Shown here in pieces: positions 13,632 through 25,885 of a DNA stretch of 64,000 nt (its first letter is position 1; the number at the start of each line of letters is the position of its first letter). The notes beneath the pieces are model-generated. The model saw only the letters and a list, made by a program, of their open reading frames with translations. It made no database searches and was not told the DNA's origin. The stretch comes from Mustelus asterias (Eukaryota): the NCBI RefSeq assembly GCF_964213995.1, contig NC_135809.1:109306001-109370000 (forward strand), read 5' to 3'. The position numbers were made by a program, and so were the translations under genes.

Positions 13632-13788
13632 ATGATGTGGAGATGCCGGCGTTGGACTGGGGTGGGCACAGTAAGAAGTCTCTCAACACCAGATTAAAGT
13701 CCAACAGGTTTATTTGGAATCACGAGCTTTTGGAGCGCTGCTCCTCCCTCAGGTGAGTGATGATGAAGGAGCAGCGCTCCGAAAGCTC
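13632..13788 (-). mobile_element. Penelope terminal-repeat remnant
   Basis: Same family; flanked by a ttgattttaatgat duplication. Confidence 0.75.
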
Positions 13789-15389
13789 TTGATTTTAATG
13801 ATAAAAAACCAACAGGTCATTTAATTTATTATTTTACCTATGCTCGAAACAATAATGATAGCAACCATAAAACCAGTTCCTCGAATCAAAAGCATCATGC
13901 AGTTGTAGCTATACCACACAGTTTATTTAGAGCACAGTGTTGGGTTTTGTTAAAATGATTATTTGAAACCATAAGGTACAGCCTAATTAACTTTTAATCC
14001 CCATCTTTAAAAAATGGCTCTTCAGCAAACAAGACAAATTCCCTAAGAATGCTATTTCTCCTGATATTTGTAAAGTTCAGTAAATTCCAGCATTAAATAC
14101 TTGTGAATGCTAATGTTGTTAACATTTCAGAATTGAATTATGAGATAAACAGTCAACAACTTGGAGACCACAATTTTAAGATAGTTTGAGCATGTTATTT
14201 TTAAGATGGCAATTACCATATAGTTTCCGGAATAATTTCTAAAGATGCCATTTTGAAACCCGAAAATCTAAATTCTTGATTAATCAAATGAACTACTCAA
14301 TGGAACATTATTTTGCTTTCTAACTCTTTGATTTGTCATTTTCCTGACGTTTTAAGGCTTTTTAAAAAATGTTAATTTCATTAATCTGACAAGGATTGGG
14401 AGCTGACAATGAGACGTTAATCAGCCACATGTGGTTCCAGAGCCAAATCCCCAATTTAGACAGAGGAAGTACTTGTGCAGATTTTATGTCCTAGTGTCAT
14501 TTATGCCCAAGGTTTAATGGAAGAATATTTAAACAAGCATCAGACATAATTCTGTAACTTTTATGCTAGATTTGCTCATTTTCCTTTTCTGAACTGATGA
14601 GAATAAGAGCAAGATGCAAGCAAAGGGCTTTTGGTTGCAGATGGGACCATTTTTGATTCCATGTTATGGGAATGTTTAATTACCCATTTTAGGGCAATTT
14701 CTGGGAGCCCACTCTCTATACTATTTGTAATGTTGAACTGATTATCTTACATGTGCTATTTTTTTTGAATGAACTGACAGACAAAATACATCATGACCAG
14801 GGATCAGTGGGAATCAGATCATTATATTCACCATGGCACACAATCTCGCAAATGATCAGTTCTAGGGCTGTATCATCTACAAAAAGGGAAGTTGCAGACA
14901 CCTTACAACATACATATCTCCTAATGGGAGATCAAGTCAACAGTCCACTCAACGTTTACACCCACTGCTCATCCCTGTATCTAATCTAAAAACAAACAAT
15001 CTCCTTTTGTACTGGATTGCATAGCACAACGCTTTGAGAGTCATAGAGGTTTACAGCATGGAAACAGGCCCTTTTGGCCCAACTTGTCCATGCCGCCCTT
15101 TTTTTTAAAATCCCTAAACTAATCCAATTGCCCGCATTTGGCCCATATCCCTCTATACCCATTTTACCATCTTGACTTGGAACCTTGGGCTGTTTTGCAG
15201 ATATATGGTACTGTTGGGATCACTTAGCTCATGAGACTCTTTGAAGTCTTCGTCCACATTTGTTCTTGGATCCTACAGATTAACTCTTGCTTTTTACCTC
15301 TGTCTACACTAGTAAAGCTTAACATGTTTAAAAACCAGTGGTTTTTGAACATCTGAGCCTAAAAACTGCACAGTTGCATTTTTGTTATT

Positions 15390-15730
15390 AATTTGTTCAT
15401 GGGATGTGGGCAATAATACTGGCTGTCTGGGCCAGTATTTATTGCCCTGAGGGCATTTAAAAGTCTTTGCTGTGAATTTGGAGTCACGCATAGGCCAAAC
15501 CAGATAAGGACAACAGATTACCTTCCCTGAAGGGCATTACTGAACCAGACAGGTTTTTACGGCAATCAGCAATAGTTTTGTTGTAGTCATTAGATTTTTA
15601 ATTCCAGATTTTTATTGAATTCAAATTTTACCATCGGCCGTGGTGGGATTTGAACCCAGGTCCCCAGAGCATTGTACTGGTCTCTGGGTTATTAATCCAC
15701 TGACAATGCCACTATGCCACCGCCTCCCCT
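15390..15730 (-). mobile_element. Second tRNA-headed SINE family (SacSINE/Deu-like)
   Basis: Reverse-complement match to 25555-25885 and 62727-63000; a further fragment lies at 1-100. Confidence 0.7.
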
Positions 15731-16017
15731 TTCGAATGACCTCCCATAGTTACATTTTTTGAATAAGCCTGAAGTTTTAAAATTATATTCCGAGTGTTTC
15801 TGGCCTTGTCAGATGCTACAAGTCTGCCAGCACACAGTTTGAACCTTGCGCTGTAGAATTAACAACTTTTCATTGTCAGCATTGCAGAAGTGCCTGTTAT
15901 ATCTGTTAATAAGGTCGTAGGTATCATAAACGTTCAGGTTTAAGGTAGTCTTTCTTCTACACATTCTAAGAACTTTTAAAACATTCTATTTTTCCCTTTT
16001 TTTTTCCTAACAAAAAG

Positions 16018-16395
16018 TTGTACCGAGGATAACTGATATAGTGATACCTCCTTGTATTATTCATGAAGAAGTGCTGGCCGTGACCTGCCCAATTAATGGA
16101 TTTAAACCGCGACCGCTGGCTATCACTTGGTACAAATGGAAGGACAATGTAATAAAAGAAATTGTGAAACTTGAACCAGAGAAAGCAGAGTTCATTGAAG
16201 GGAGCAAAACAGAGCAGCCCAAATATGCTCACAGTATAACTGAGCTCGAATATGAAGACAAGACGTACAGTGTTGCCAGCGTTCTGCATTTTATACCAAC
16301 CATTGCGGAAGACCATGAAGCAACATATGGTTGTGAAGTAAAACATCCAGCCACAGATTCCACAATATATAAAGAGGTTATCTTAAATGTAAAAG
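16018..16395 (+). CDS. Gene 1 exon: post-TM Ig C1 domain D2
   Basis: Polypyrimidine tract plus caaaaag|, donor |gtattg, 378 nt, phase 1-1. VTCPINGFKPRPLAITW..EDKTYSVASVL..YGCEVKHPA. Confidence 0.88.
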
Positions 16396-16925
16396 GTATT
16401 GTCGGCATTTCTCCATTTTAGTTAAGATGCTTTTCTACAAATTTAGCTGCAATATTTAAGTTCTCTTAAAATCAGCATTGAATCAATAATTGAAATGCAT
16501 TTCTGAAGAGGTAAAAAGAATATTGGGTTGGATAAGTAGTTGATTAGCAATAAGATTGATTACCTAATATGGCTGGCGATGCAAACCCAGGACTGATTGC
16601 CCCTTAAGATCTTGGATAAGGTGATGGGTGGAATAACCTAGAACAGTGCAACATTTCGCCCTGGGGGCGAGAAGGAGATTTGCTACAATGTGAAGTACTT
16701 CTCGTAGATTATCTTTCTGCAATAAAGTAATCAAGTGAAGAAAGGAAAATTGTCACCAAGAGCTTCTGGTTATTAAATATAGTGGGTCCTTTTTATGTTG
16801 ATTTTAATTTACTGAATTTCTGTTTAGATTTGGAGCTAATCTGTTTTAGCTTCAAATTATGCTGAATTTTACTTTGATATCAGGCTGACTTTGTGACAGG
16901 AGTTACTTTCTCCTGACTTCTTTTC

Positions 16926-17262
16926 TGGCACAGTAGTTAGTACTGTTGCCTCACTGCGCCGGGGACCTGGGTTTGATTCCAGCCTTGGGTGACAGTGTGG
17001 AGTTTGCACATTCTCCCTGTGTCTACGTAGGTTTTGTCTGAGTGCTTCAGTTTCCTCCCACAGTCCAAAGATGTACAGGTTAGGTGGATTGGTCACACTA
17101 AATTGCCCCTTAAGGGTCCAAATATGTGTAGATTAGGTGGATTAACCAAGGTAAATATGCGGTGTGAAGTGAATAGGGCAGGAAGGGAGGGCCTGCTCTT
17201 TTGGAGAGTCGGTGCAAACTCAATGGGCAGAATGGCCTCTTTCTGCACTGTCGTGGTTCTAT
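16926..17262 (+). mobile_element. HE1-like V-SINE
   Basis: Head, core and tail similar to other copies. Confidence 0.75.
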
Positions 17263-17797
17263 GGTTATTTACACCTTTTCTAGTCTCCAATTCCCCTTGT
17301 GGATATTGTGGTGTCTATATTGAAGAAAAGGTGCTTCATAAAGGCTTAATCAGAACAAGTCAGAGATGTAGACATTGGGAAGATAAGGAGAACTTGAAAG
17401 AACAAAAGGAGATGGAGATAGGAACTGAGGGAGAGAATTTCAAAGCATGCAGACCAGGGCTGTGAAATTAGTATATCCTTTCCAGTCAGGGTACATTTCA
17501 GAAAAGATCAGGAGCGATAGCTAATGGACCTATCCAGGGTTAGAATGGATAGTAGCCTTCTGTTTTTATTTTGCTTTGTTGCGTTCTGTGAAGAGCCAGC
17601 AATGCAGATGCATAATTAAAGTCATAGGTTTGTATCAAAGTTACCGAGCTGAAATTGGCTTCTGTTTTAACAATTAGCGATTATCTGTATCCTTTTAAAT
17701 GATTCAATCTAAAATCAGTTTAAAAAATTGTTGTGGTCTGTTTCACTATTGTCATTGCTATCAAAGTTCCACAATTTATTTTCTCATTTTTCCTCAG

Positions 17798-18109
17798 CTA
17801 TCCCAAAATGTGATAACATAAGACTGTCACCAGAAGTTCCAATAGTAGATGAACTTACGTATGCATCATGTAGAATATATTCCTTCTTTCCAAAAAATCT
17901 GGAAGTTATTTGGAGAAAGGATGGCATCATACTGGAGAAAATGAATGCTGATTCTGAAGCAGTCTTTGGAAGGGATGGTCTTTGGTGTTTCACCAGTCGT
18001 TTGAAATTCATTCCTGTGAGGGAAGATTTTGGGAAGATATTAACTTGTGAATTCCAACATGAAAGTATCAAAAAATGCAGAAAAACTGCTTGTTCACTGG
18101 CTCCATTGA
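17798..18109 (+). CDS. Gene 1 exon: post-TM Ig C1 domain D3
   Basis: Acceptor tttttcctcag|, donor |gtaaga, 312 nt, phase 1-1. ASCRIYSFFPKNLEVIW..DGLWCFTSRL..LTCEFQHESI. Confidence 0.88.
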
Positions 18110-18432
18110 GTAAGAAAGATGTTTTATATTTGTTAATGTACTATTTTCAAATATTCTAATGTTCACCTTAGAACAGCAACACCATATATAGTGGAATTTG
18201 TTAACCTTTTGCAAAAAAAACCCCAACTTGATGAAATGGATAAGATACTGGGTTCGTGACCTGTATTTAATCCCTAGATCGTGGTTCAATTTTGGCCAGA
18301 TTAATGAAATGAACATCTCCTTTCCCTTGTTGGGAAAGTTCAGCCAGTTTTTAGTTGACATCAGTGTAAAATTAGCCCTCAAAATGATTCATTACAAAAT
18401 CGGAAATCTAGCCAGAAATGCCAGAATGAACA

Positions 18433-18773
18433 TGGGCGGCACGGTAGCACAGTGGTTAGCACTGCTGCTTCACAGCTCCAGGGTCCTGGGTTCGATTCCC
18501 GGCTCGGGTCACTGTCTGTGTGGAGTTTGCACATTCTCCTCGTGTCTGCGTGGGTTTCCTCCGGGTGCTCCGGTTTTCTCCCACAGTCCAAAGATGTGCG
18601 GGTTAGGTTGATTGGCCAGGTTAAAAATTGCCCCTTAGAGTCCTGAGATGCGTCGGTTAGAGGGATTAGCAGGTAAAATATGTGGGGATAGGGCGTGGGT
18701 GGGATTGTGGTCGGTGCAGACTCGATGGGCCGAATGGCCTCCTTCTGCACTGTAAGGTTTCTATGATTCTATG
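18433..18773 (+). mobile_element. HE1-like V-SINE, full length
   Basis: gggcggcacggtagcacagtggttagc (A box), ggttcgattcc (B box), V core and ttctatgattctatga tail. Confidence 0.85.
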
Positions 18774-21488
18774 AAAGCAGAAAAATTCATACTGCCCACT
18801 GATGTTGAGGCTCAAACTACAATCCGGGACAGATTGAATGAGGTTTGCTCAGTAGCTGGCTTTACTAGACTTGACTTGGGAATATTTGATGTTGACACCG
18901 GAGACTAAGTTGGAAAAATCAATTTCATCCTTCGCACTTTTACCTTGAATACCCATTTTTACAACTGTTTTCTATCAGTCTCTGCCTGTGTTGATGTATT
19001 GGCTCTAACAAAATGAGGTTTGATCTTGTGTGGTAGCCTTTTATGTGTCACTTTGTTGAATACCTATTGGAAATCCAAATGCACCACATCTGCTCATCTC
19101 CCTTTATCCACCCTGTTCCATGCACTCTCAAAATAGTCTAATAAATTTATTGAACACAATTTCGCCTTTCATAGAACTATGTTGAATCTGCTTTTCTTAA
19201 TCTCCTGCTACAACTTTCTTAATAATGTTAGACTAACTGACCAATCATTTCCTACTCTCTGCTTCCCTCATTTCTTGAATTAGGGGTTTCTCCAATTCAT
19301 TGGGACTTTTCCAGGGGCAGAATTTTAAGCTCACGCACCCTACCCCACCCTGCCCCCATCCCCTAGGTGGGTTCTGAGGTAGGGTGAATATGAAATTGCA
19401 TGGATTTGATTCCCTCTGGAATTCTGCCTTCCTGCCCTGACCTAGATGCAATTTCACAGTGGGCCAGGCAGCCTTGGTGAGAGGCCTGTCTTTCCCCTAT
19501 TAAGTGGCCACTTAAGGCCCCTTCAGATTTGGGGCCCCCTCCCCTCTGGGATTTGCAAGTTCCGATCCTTCCCCCCCGACCCCTGGGACTTACCATAAGA
19601 ACACTCCCTGGACTTAGTTCCAGGTAGAGCATTGCAGTAACTCTTCTGGCCATTGCAGCGCTGTGCCTGAATGGGTTAGGGAGCTATCAGATTGGCCGAG
19701 GCTGGACTTCCTTCCAAGGGTGAATGGAATTCTCTCAACTTGTCAATTGGACCTCAAGTGAGCGTGAAAAGGTAGTGGGCTTCTGAGAGTTGGTGGGAAT
19801 GTGTTGTACGCTAACTCTCGGGATGTCGAGCCCTGAGTGCTCCCATCCTGATAATTCTGCCTCAGAATCTAGAGAATTTTGGAAGATTACCACCCGTGCA
19901 TCTACTATCTCTGTAGCCATATTTTTAAGACCCTAGGATGCAGGTCCAGGAGACCTTTCAGCCTTTAATCCCATCAATTTGCTTAGTACTTTTTCCACCA
20001 GTAACAATTGTTTTAAATTCGTCCTTTCGTTTTGCCTCCTAATTTTCTCCTATTGTTGGGATATTTATCATGTCTTATTCCATGAAGGCCAACATAAAAT
20101 ATTTGTTCAAAGTCTGCCATTTTCTAATTTTCCATTAATAATTCCCCATCTCATTCTCCAAGGGATCAACGTTTGTTTTAGCCATGGATCAGATCATTAA
20201 TTAATTCTGTCTAATACATATTGCTAGATCTTAAAATAGACCATTCCCTGGTTTACAACATAGTTTTCTAATAAACTGTCCTGAATAGACTTGTATGAAA
20301 TCCTGAAGGCTCTCTTTGCCAATTTGAATTGTCCAATCTATGTGAAGATCAAAGTTGCCCATGATTATTGCAGGACTTTTTTTTGTTGCAAGTCCTTATT
20401 ACATCTTGATCTGTACTCCTGACCTACAATATAGCTCATGTTAACCAGTACCTGAGGAGAGACAAAAATGCTTCTGTGAAGTAGAGGGAGTAAAGGAGTA
20501 CCTCTGAAATTAAAGGGGAAGAGTAAGTGTATTTGTGACCTGTGGCTAGCCACGGAGTGGGTATGTAGAAAGAGCCCCTCGTTAGGCTGTAGATATGTGA
20601 GGGAAAGGAAAAGTGCCTGTGAACTGGGGAGACTTGTGTCATCAATTGGATTTTACTGAAATGCATATTTTGTGTCGTTTCTACAACAGAGATAATGGAA
20701 CCCCTCTGATTATGGTTTGATTTTGTCTACTCCCATCAGTTATAGCCCTGTCTGCAGCTACTGAGGGCCTAAACTCTTGAATCCCCTTTTTCGATCTCAC
20801 TACCCATCTTATTTGCTTTAAAATGCTCCTTTAAACCCTATCTCTTTAATCAATCTGCCTGAATACCTCCTTATGTCACTCGGTGTCAAATTTTGTTTAA
20901 CAATGTTCTTGAAGTGCTTTAGGGTACATTGTATGGTCGGGAAGGTGTTACATAAATATAAGTTGTTGTAATCATATATTAACATGTTTGGTACTTTCAT
21001 TTCTGTTATTGCACAATGTAAAATATGGTTTATAGTATAATTTGTCGTAATACAAACATTTGTTTGCCCAATGTATTGCCTATGCTGAGGGTTTAGAAGT
21101 ACATTCGTGCCAAAGCCTGGTAAAATCACTGCATCGTCCCATTCATTGACTTATCTCACAATTCTGCTGGTAATGTATTTTTCAGGCCATCAATTTAATT
21201 ATTTTTGTGCATAACGTTTTGATGCAAACAAACTACAGATTCTGTAAACTTTTTAAACGTCTGAATTTGTGCATTATATATAATTTTGGCACACATTGTA
21301 TTCACTAAATTAGAAGTTGTATGATAGAATTTGAATGATCAAAATTTGAGATTTAGTGTAACCTCATCCTGTAGCCAAATGCTTGTGACGAATAACTTTA
21401 CTAGCTTTCTTAAACTTTATTTTCTGTCAGTTATTGAAGTAACTTGCAAGATGATACTCCATCTAACTTTTTGTTTGCATTGTTACAG

Positions 21489-21812
21489 TATCTCCTCCAT
21501 TAGTAAAATACATAAGATGCGAACCAGAATTCCCAAAGGTAGGAGAAGAAGCAGTGATTGTATGCCGAGCACATGGCTTCTTTCCAAAGGAAACAACGTT
21601 CATGTGGTTCAAAGATGATGAAAGAACAGATGATCCAGGAATTACTTCTACTGATTCCCAATTGGATGAAACGACTGGCTTCTTCTACTGTGAAAGCCAA
21701 TGGAAATTGTTAATTAAGCCAGAATATGATCAGATGGCATTCAAGACTGAGGTTCTTCATTTCCCAACCTCACACAGGCCTTCGAGGGCCTGTTTTACCA
21801 TGCAACTTAGAG
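21489..21812 (+). CDS. Gene 1 exon: post-TM Ig C1-like domain D4 (F-strand Cys replaced by Thr)
   Basis: Acceptor tgttacag|, donor |gtatga, 324 nt, phase 1-1. IVCRAHGFFPKETTFMW..TGFFYCESQW..MAFKTEVLH. Confidence 0.85.
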
Positions 21813-22511
21813 GTATGAATTTAGTGCATATTTTCCCTATACTTGATTTGATTTATTATTGTCACATGTATTAATGTACAGTGAAAAGTATTGTTTCTTG
21901 CACACTATACAGACAAAGCACATCTTTGTAACATGGGCCGTAAAATGCGATTTAAATCTCAAACTTCAGATAGTTACGATAGGGTTACACCAATAGTTAC
22001 ACAGAGAAGGTTAGAAGAAATAAAATCACTGATAACTGTCAAGTAACTATTGTACAGACTCTTCTCCCCCCCCCCCCCCCCCCACCCCTCCTCCCACCCC
22101 AACAGGTACAGGGCTCTTTCCAACTCCGCATCTAGACATGACTGGACCAATCCAAGGCACTTCGTAGACATGCCTCTGTCCTCTACTTTAGCGGGGTCTC
22201 CCGCTAGTTACCCGAAAGTGGGAAGCTACTGTAAACCCTGCCGGAGTAAATTTATACTGCCGGGATGGGAGATGCTATCGGGCCCGGAGAATTCAGTCCC
22301 GGTCCTGATAATGACATTCAAATAACATTAAAAATAGATTAAAATTACTTAACTGGTCTTCCCACCGGTTTCCTGCGTGATCCTGACCGCGCGGATTTCT
22401 GGCAGTGGGAGACGTGCATGCATCGGGAACACATGCGCGAATTGGCACACGCACGCATTTCCCGATTCGACACGCCAAAAAGTTAGCAGGTCGGTATGGG
22501 AGAATTGCCCC

Positions 22512-22833
22512 CATTGAGTCCCTACAGTGCTAAAGGTGGCCATTCAGCCCATCAGGTCTGCACTGATTATCTGAAAGAACATCTTACCCAGACCCCATCC
22601 CCGTAACCCCATGCATTTACTTTGTCTAATCCACCTAGCCTACACACCATTGGACACCGAAGGGGTAATTTAGCATGGTCAATCCACCTAATCTGTACAT
22701 CTTTGGAATGTGGGAGGAAACTGGGGAATCTGGAGGAAACCCATGCAGACGCCGGCAAAATGTGCAAACTCCACACAGACAGTGATCCTAGGCTGCAATG
22801 AACCCTGAGCTCTGGTGCTGTGAGCCAGCAATG
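22512..22833 (-). mobile_element. HE1-like V-SINE
   Basis: Reverse-complement match to other copies. Confidence 0.7.
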
Positions 22834-23499
22834 CCAAATTTTCAAATGTTGTATTTTTACATCCTTAAAAACCAACAAATACCAAACAAACGTACATTTA
22901 TGAAAAATGTGTTGTATCAAAATAAATTTCACTAGAAAGCGCTGATGTGTCCTTGCGTATGAAAAACAAATACGTAGTGCTAATATTTCCTGTATCTGGT
23001 CTCTTTTTTTAAAAAGTAGATTACAATTAGCATGACATGGCATCTTAGTTGAATTTAGAACTATTTTGAAATTTTAATACTTATAATTCAAATTGATTAA
23101 ATGTATTTGAATCAAAGCATTTGCAAGAACAGCAACAGAAGAGAATGAATATTTATAAGCATAGACCCCAATCAGACAAGATTATTATTGGAACAGATTC
23201 CAATGGACACTGCCCTAATTCATGTATTCTTGTTTCATTGTAACCCCTGGAATTCAGGTAAACCTACACTGTACTCCCTGCAAGGTGTGTGTGTGTATGT
23301 GTCTCTGTCTGTTCGTTCACTGGATCAACATGTTATCTTTGTCATAGAGCTTTACAGCACAGAAAGAGGACCTTCAGCCCATCCTGTCTGTGCCACCCAA
23401 CATTTGTGTTTCATACTGATTCAGTCCACACCACACTACACAAGTGTCCCCCTATGAAGCCATGCCAGGCAGATTGATCAGAATTTCACGTCATTTAAC

Positions 23500-24650
23500 C
23501 TTGACTTCAGTGCTTCAACCCATGAATTGGCTTGAACAATTGCTACGGCACATAGACACTGAACAGGATTGCAGTAAAGAATTTGGAAAAGTGAAAACAG
23601 ATTGAAAAGCAATTTGACAGAAAGGTACACCTTGCAGAATACCAAGCAGGTGATCAGGCCATGATCATGAATTATGGGTAAGAACAAACACTATTTTGAA
23701 CACAAATGGAAGGGACCATACCATGAAATGGACAAGTTGAACCCAGCAGTCTACCTTATTGAAGTACTTGACAAAGCCATTGGAAAATGTAACAAAGCCA
23801 AAGTGGTATCTTATCAGCTGAAAACTATAAAACTAAATACTGTTCTTGTCTTACAGACCACTGAAAGAAGGTGTAAAATGTGGAACCCTGCCTGATACTA
23901 TTATCGATCCACCTGTCCCTGACCACTGTTTATGTTAAAGATTTTGTTGCACAATTCTCAGACCTGATACCACATTTTCCTCAACACAAACTTGTGGATA
24001 TACCTGGGACCAAAAAGAACCTAACTGCATTATGATGGCCACTGAGGAAGAGAATTTCCTGTACATTCAGCTTACGAAGGGAAAGGTGAATACTATATAA
24101 CCACGACCTCCAAGAATGTCTATATAGTAATCTGACTTGCCCGATTGATTCAGGTACCTTTTGTTTGAGCCCCACCCTGTCAGTACAGATGTGGACATGC
24201 ACTTTGCGCAGTCTGTACAACCTCTGCAGTTAGGCATCATTATTGGGCATGGTGTGAAGGAACACTTACCTGAGTACATGAGCAGATCTGGATAAGATAT
24301 TTTCCCCATTGCCTGAACATCTGATGGAACTGATACACTGGATTAATTCCTTCAACTGACTTTCATCTGTTGCGAGAACGGAATGCAGAAGTTAAAGAAA
24401 AAATACCTGAGGTTGGAGGTCCGAGACATTGGTTAACTTTAGTCTGAACATTAAGATAGCACCTTGGATTAAAGTGGTAGCACACACTTTGGTTGCGATT
24501 CAATAATTATTGTAAATGGTTTGATCGTTCCACTCAGATATATGAAGAGAATATATGACTGCCCTCCTGGGAACACAACATAGATTCAGATTAAATATAG
24601 ATTTTGAGAGGAACCAGTATCAATAATCTTCCCTGAGGTGGGATTTTAAG
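23500..24650 (+). mobile_element. Highly decayed Gypsy/ERV-like remnant
   Basis: FEHKWKGPY..LNPAVYLI resembles an integrase GPY/F module. A downstream hydrophobic fragment (PWIKVVAHTLVAIQ) may be env-like. Confidence 0.4.
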
Positions 24651-24849
24651 ATTTTGATGAATATAAGGATTTTATATCAATTAGGACAAACATTTTGGGA
24701 TCTCGTTCACCACGTTTTAAATAGACGAGCTTAAGTTCGTGCCTGCTGAATGGAGATAATTAAACAGTTCTGTTGCATAAGAATAGGTCTGCCGTTCAGC
24801 AAGTAAGTCGACCAACAGTCACTACCAGAATGAGTGCAAAACATGCACC

Positions 24850-24977
24850 ATGATGTGGAGATGCTGGCGTTGGACTGGGGTGGGCACAGTAAGTAGTCTC
24901 ACAACACCAGATTAAAGTCCAACAGGTTTATTTGGTAGCACGAGCTTTCGGAGCATTGCCCCTTCATCAGATGAGTG
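24850..24977 (-). mobile_element. Penelope terminal-repeat remnant
   Basis: Same family sequence, including the CTGATGA..GAAAGCTC motif on the minus strand. Confidence 0.72.
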
Positions 24978-25531
24978 CTAAATGCTACATTGTTCCAATA
25001 GCAGCATCGGGGCCATTTAAAATTAAAGTGCCTCAAAAACCTGTAAGCATTAAGTGCCAGATTTGAAAGAAAGAAACTTTGTTGAATGTAAGTGGATTTG
25101 GAAGCCTTCTGTAACTAATCTCTGAGCTACACCAGGCAGGCTCCCAAGTCCAATTTGGTCGCTCAATGCAGAAAAGGCCCTACGGCCCAGTTAGAGGGGT
25201 TTATCCAGGAGATTAAAAGAAGCCTGAAGATTAGCAGAGGTCTGGGAGACATCATGCTGGACAGAAGTCTCACCAGGCACTGGGCACATCCCAATTCTGC
25301 AAAGTAAAACATCTAGCTCACGGTATCGCATGTGTTAATTTTTCTTCTACTTGGCATATCCAATCAAGTCCTGGCTCCCAATGTATCAGGTCATGTCCTT
25401 GATGTCACTAAGGATAATTATTGTATGAGATCAAATCTCAATTATGATCATGATGGAATGCTTCTAATAACTATTGCTTGTAAAAAAAAAAATGTTTAAC
25501 GTACATTACTTGAGTCATTTTTTTTATTTAG

Positions 25532-25554
25532 CGTGGTGGAATGCAACCAAATGA
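25532..25554 (+). CDS. Candidate terminal coding exon of gene 1, (A)WWNATK*
   Basis: T-rich acceptor tttttttatttag|. Phase-1 joining gives a short frame to TGA. AT-rich sequence follows, with AATAAA at 26558-26563. Inference only. Confidence 0.25.
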
Positions 25555-25885
25555 GGGGAGGCAGTGGCCTACTGATATTGTCACTCGACTAGTAATTCAA
25601 AGACCCAGGGTATTGCTCTGGGATCCCGGGTTCGAATCCATGGCAGATGCTGGAATTTGAGTTCAATAAAAATCTTAAGTAAACGTTTAACAATGACCAT
25701 GAAACCACTGGCGATTGCCATAAAAGCCCACCTGGTTCACTAATGCCCCTTAGGGAAGGAAATCTGCAGTCCTTACCCAGTCTGGCCTGCATGTGACTCC
25801 AGATCCATAGCAATGCGGTTGACTTTTAAGGGATGGCCAATAAATGCTGGCCCAGGCAGCAACGGCCGCATCCCATGAACAAATT
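25555..25885 (+). mobile_element. Second tRNA-headed SINE family (SacSINE/Deu-like)
   Basis: B box ggttcgaatcc, core cctggttcactaatg..tagggaaggaaatctgc, tail gggatggccaataaatgctggccc. Confidence 0.75.

Noticed and set aside
16360-16385. ITSM-like TIYKEV in gene 1 D2
   Set aside because: It falls in the predicted G strand of the fold and is not conserved in gene 2 D2 (SVEKKEI).
1280-21812. Immunoglobulin heavy-chain (IgW/IgNAR) or TCR locus, suggested by V plus many C1 exons
   Set aside because: The V exon is complete through the G strand and ends in a splice donor, with no RSS or D/J segments seen. Motifs are B7-H6-like, and the TM lies after the first C1.
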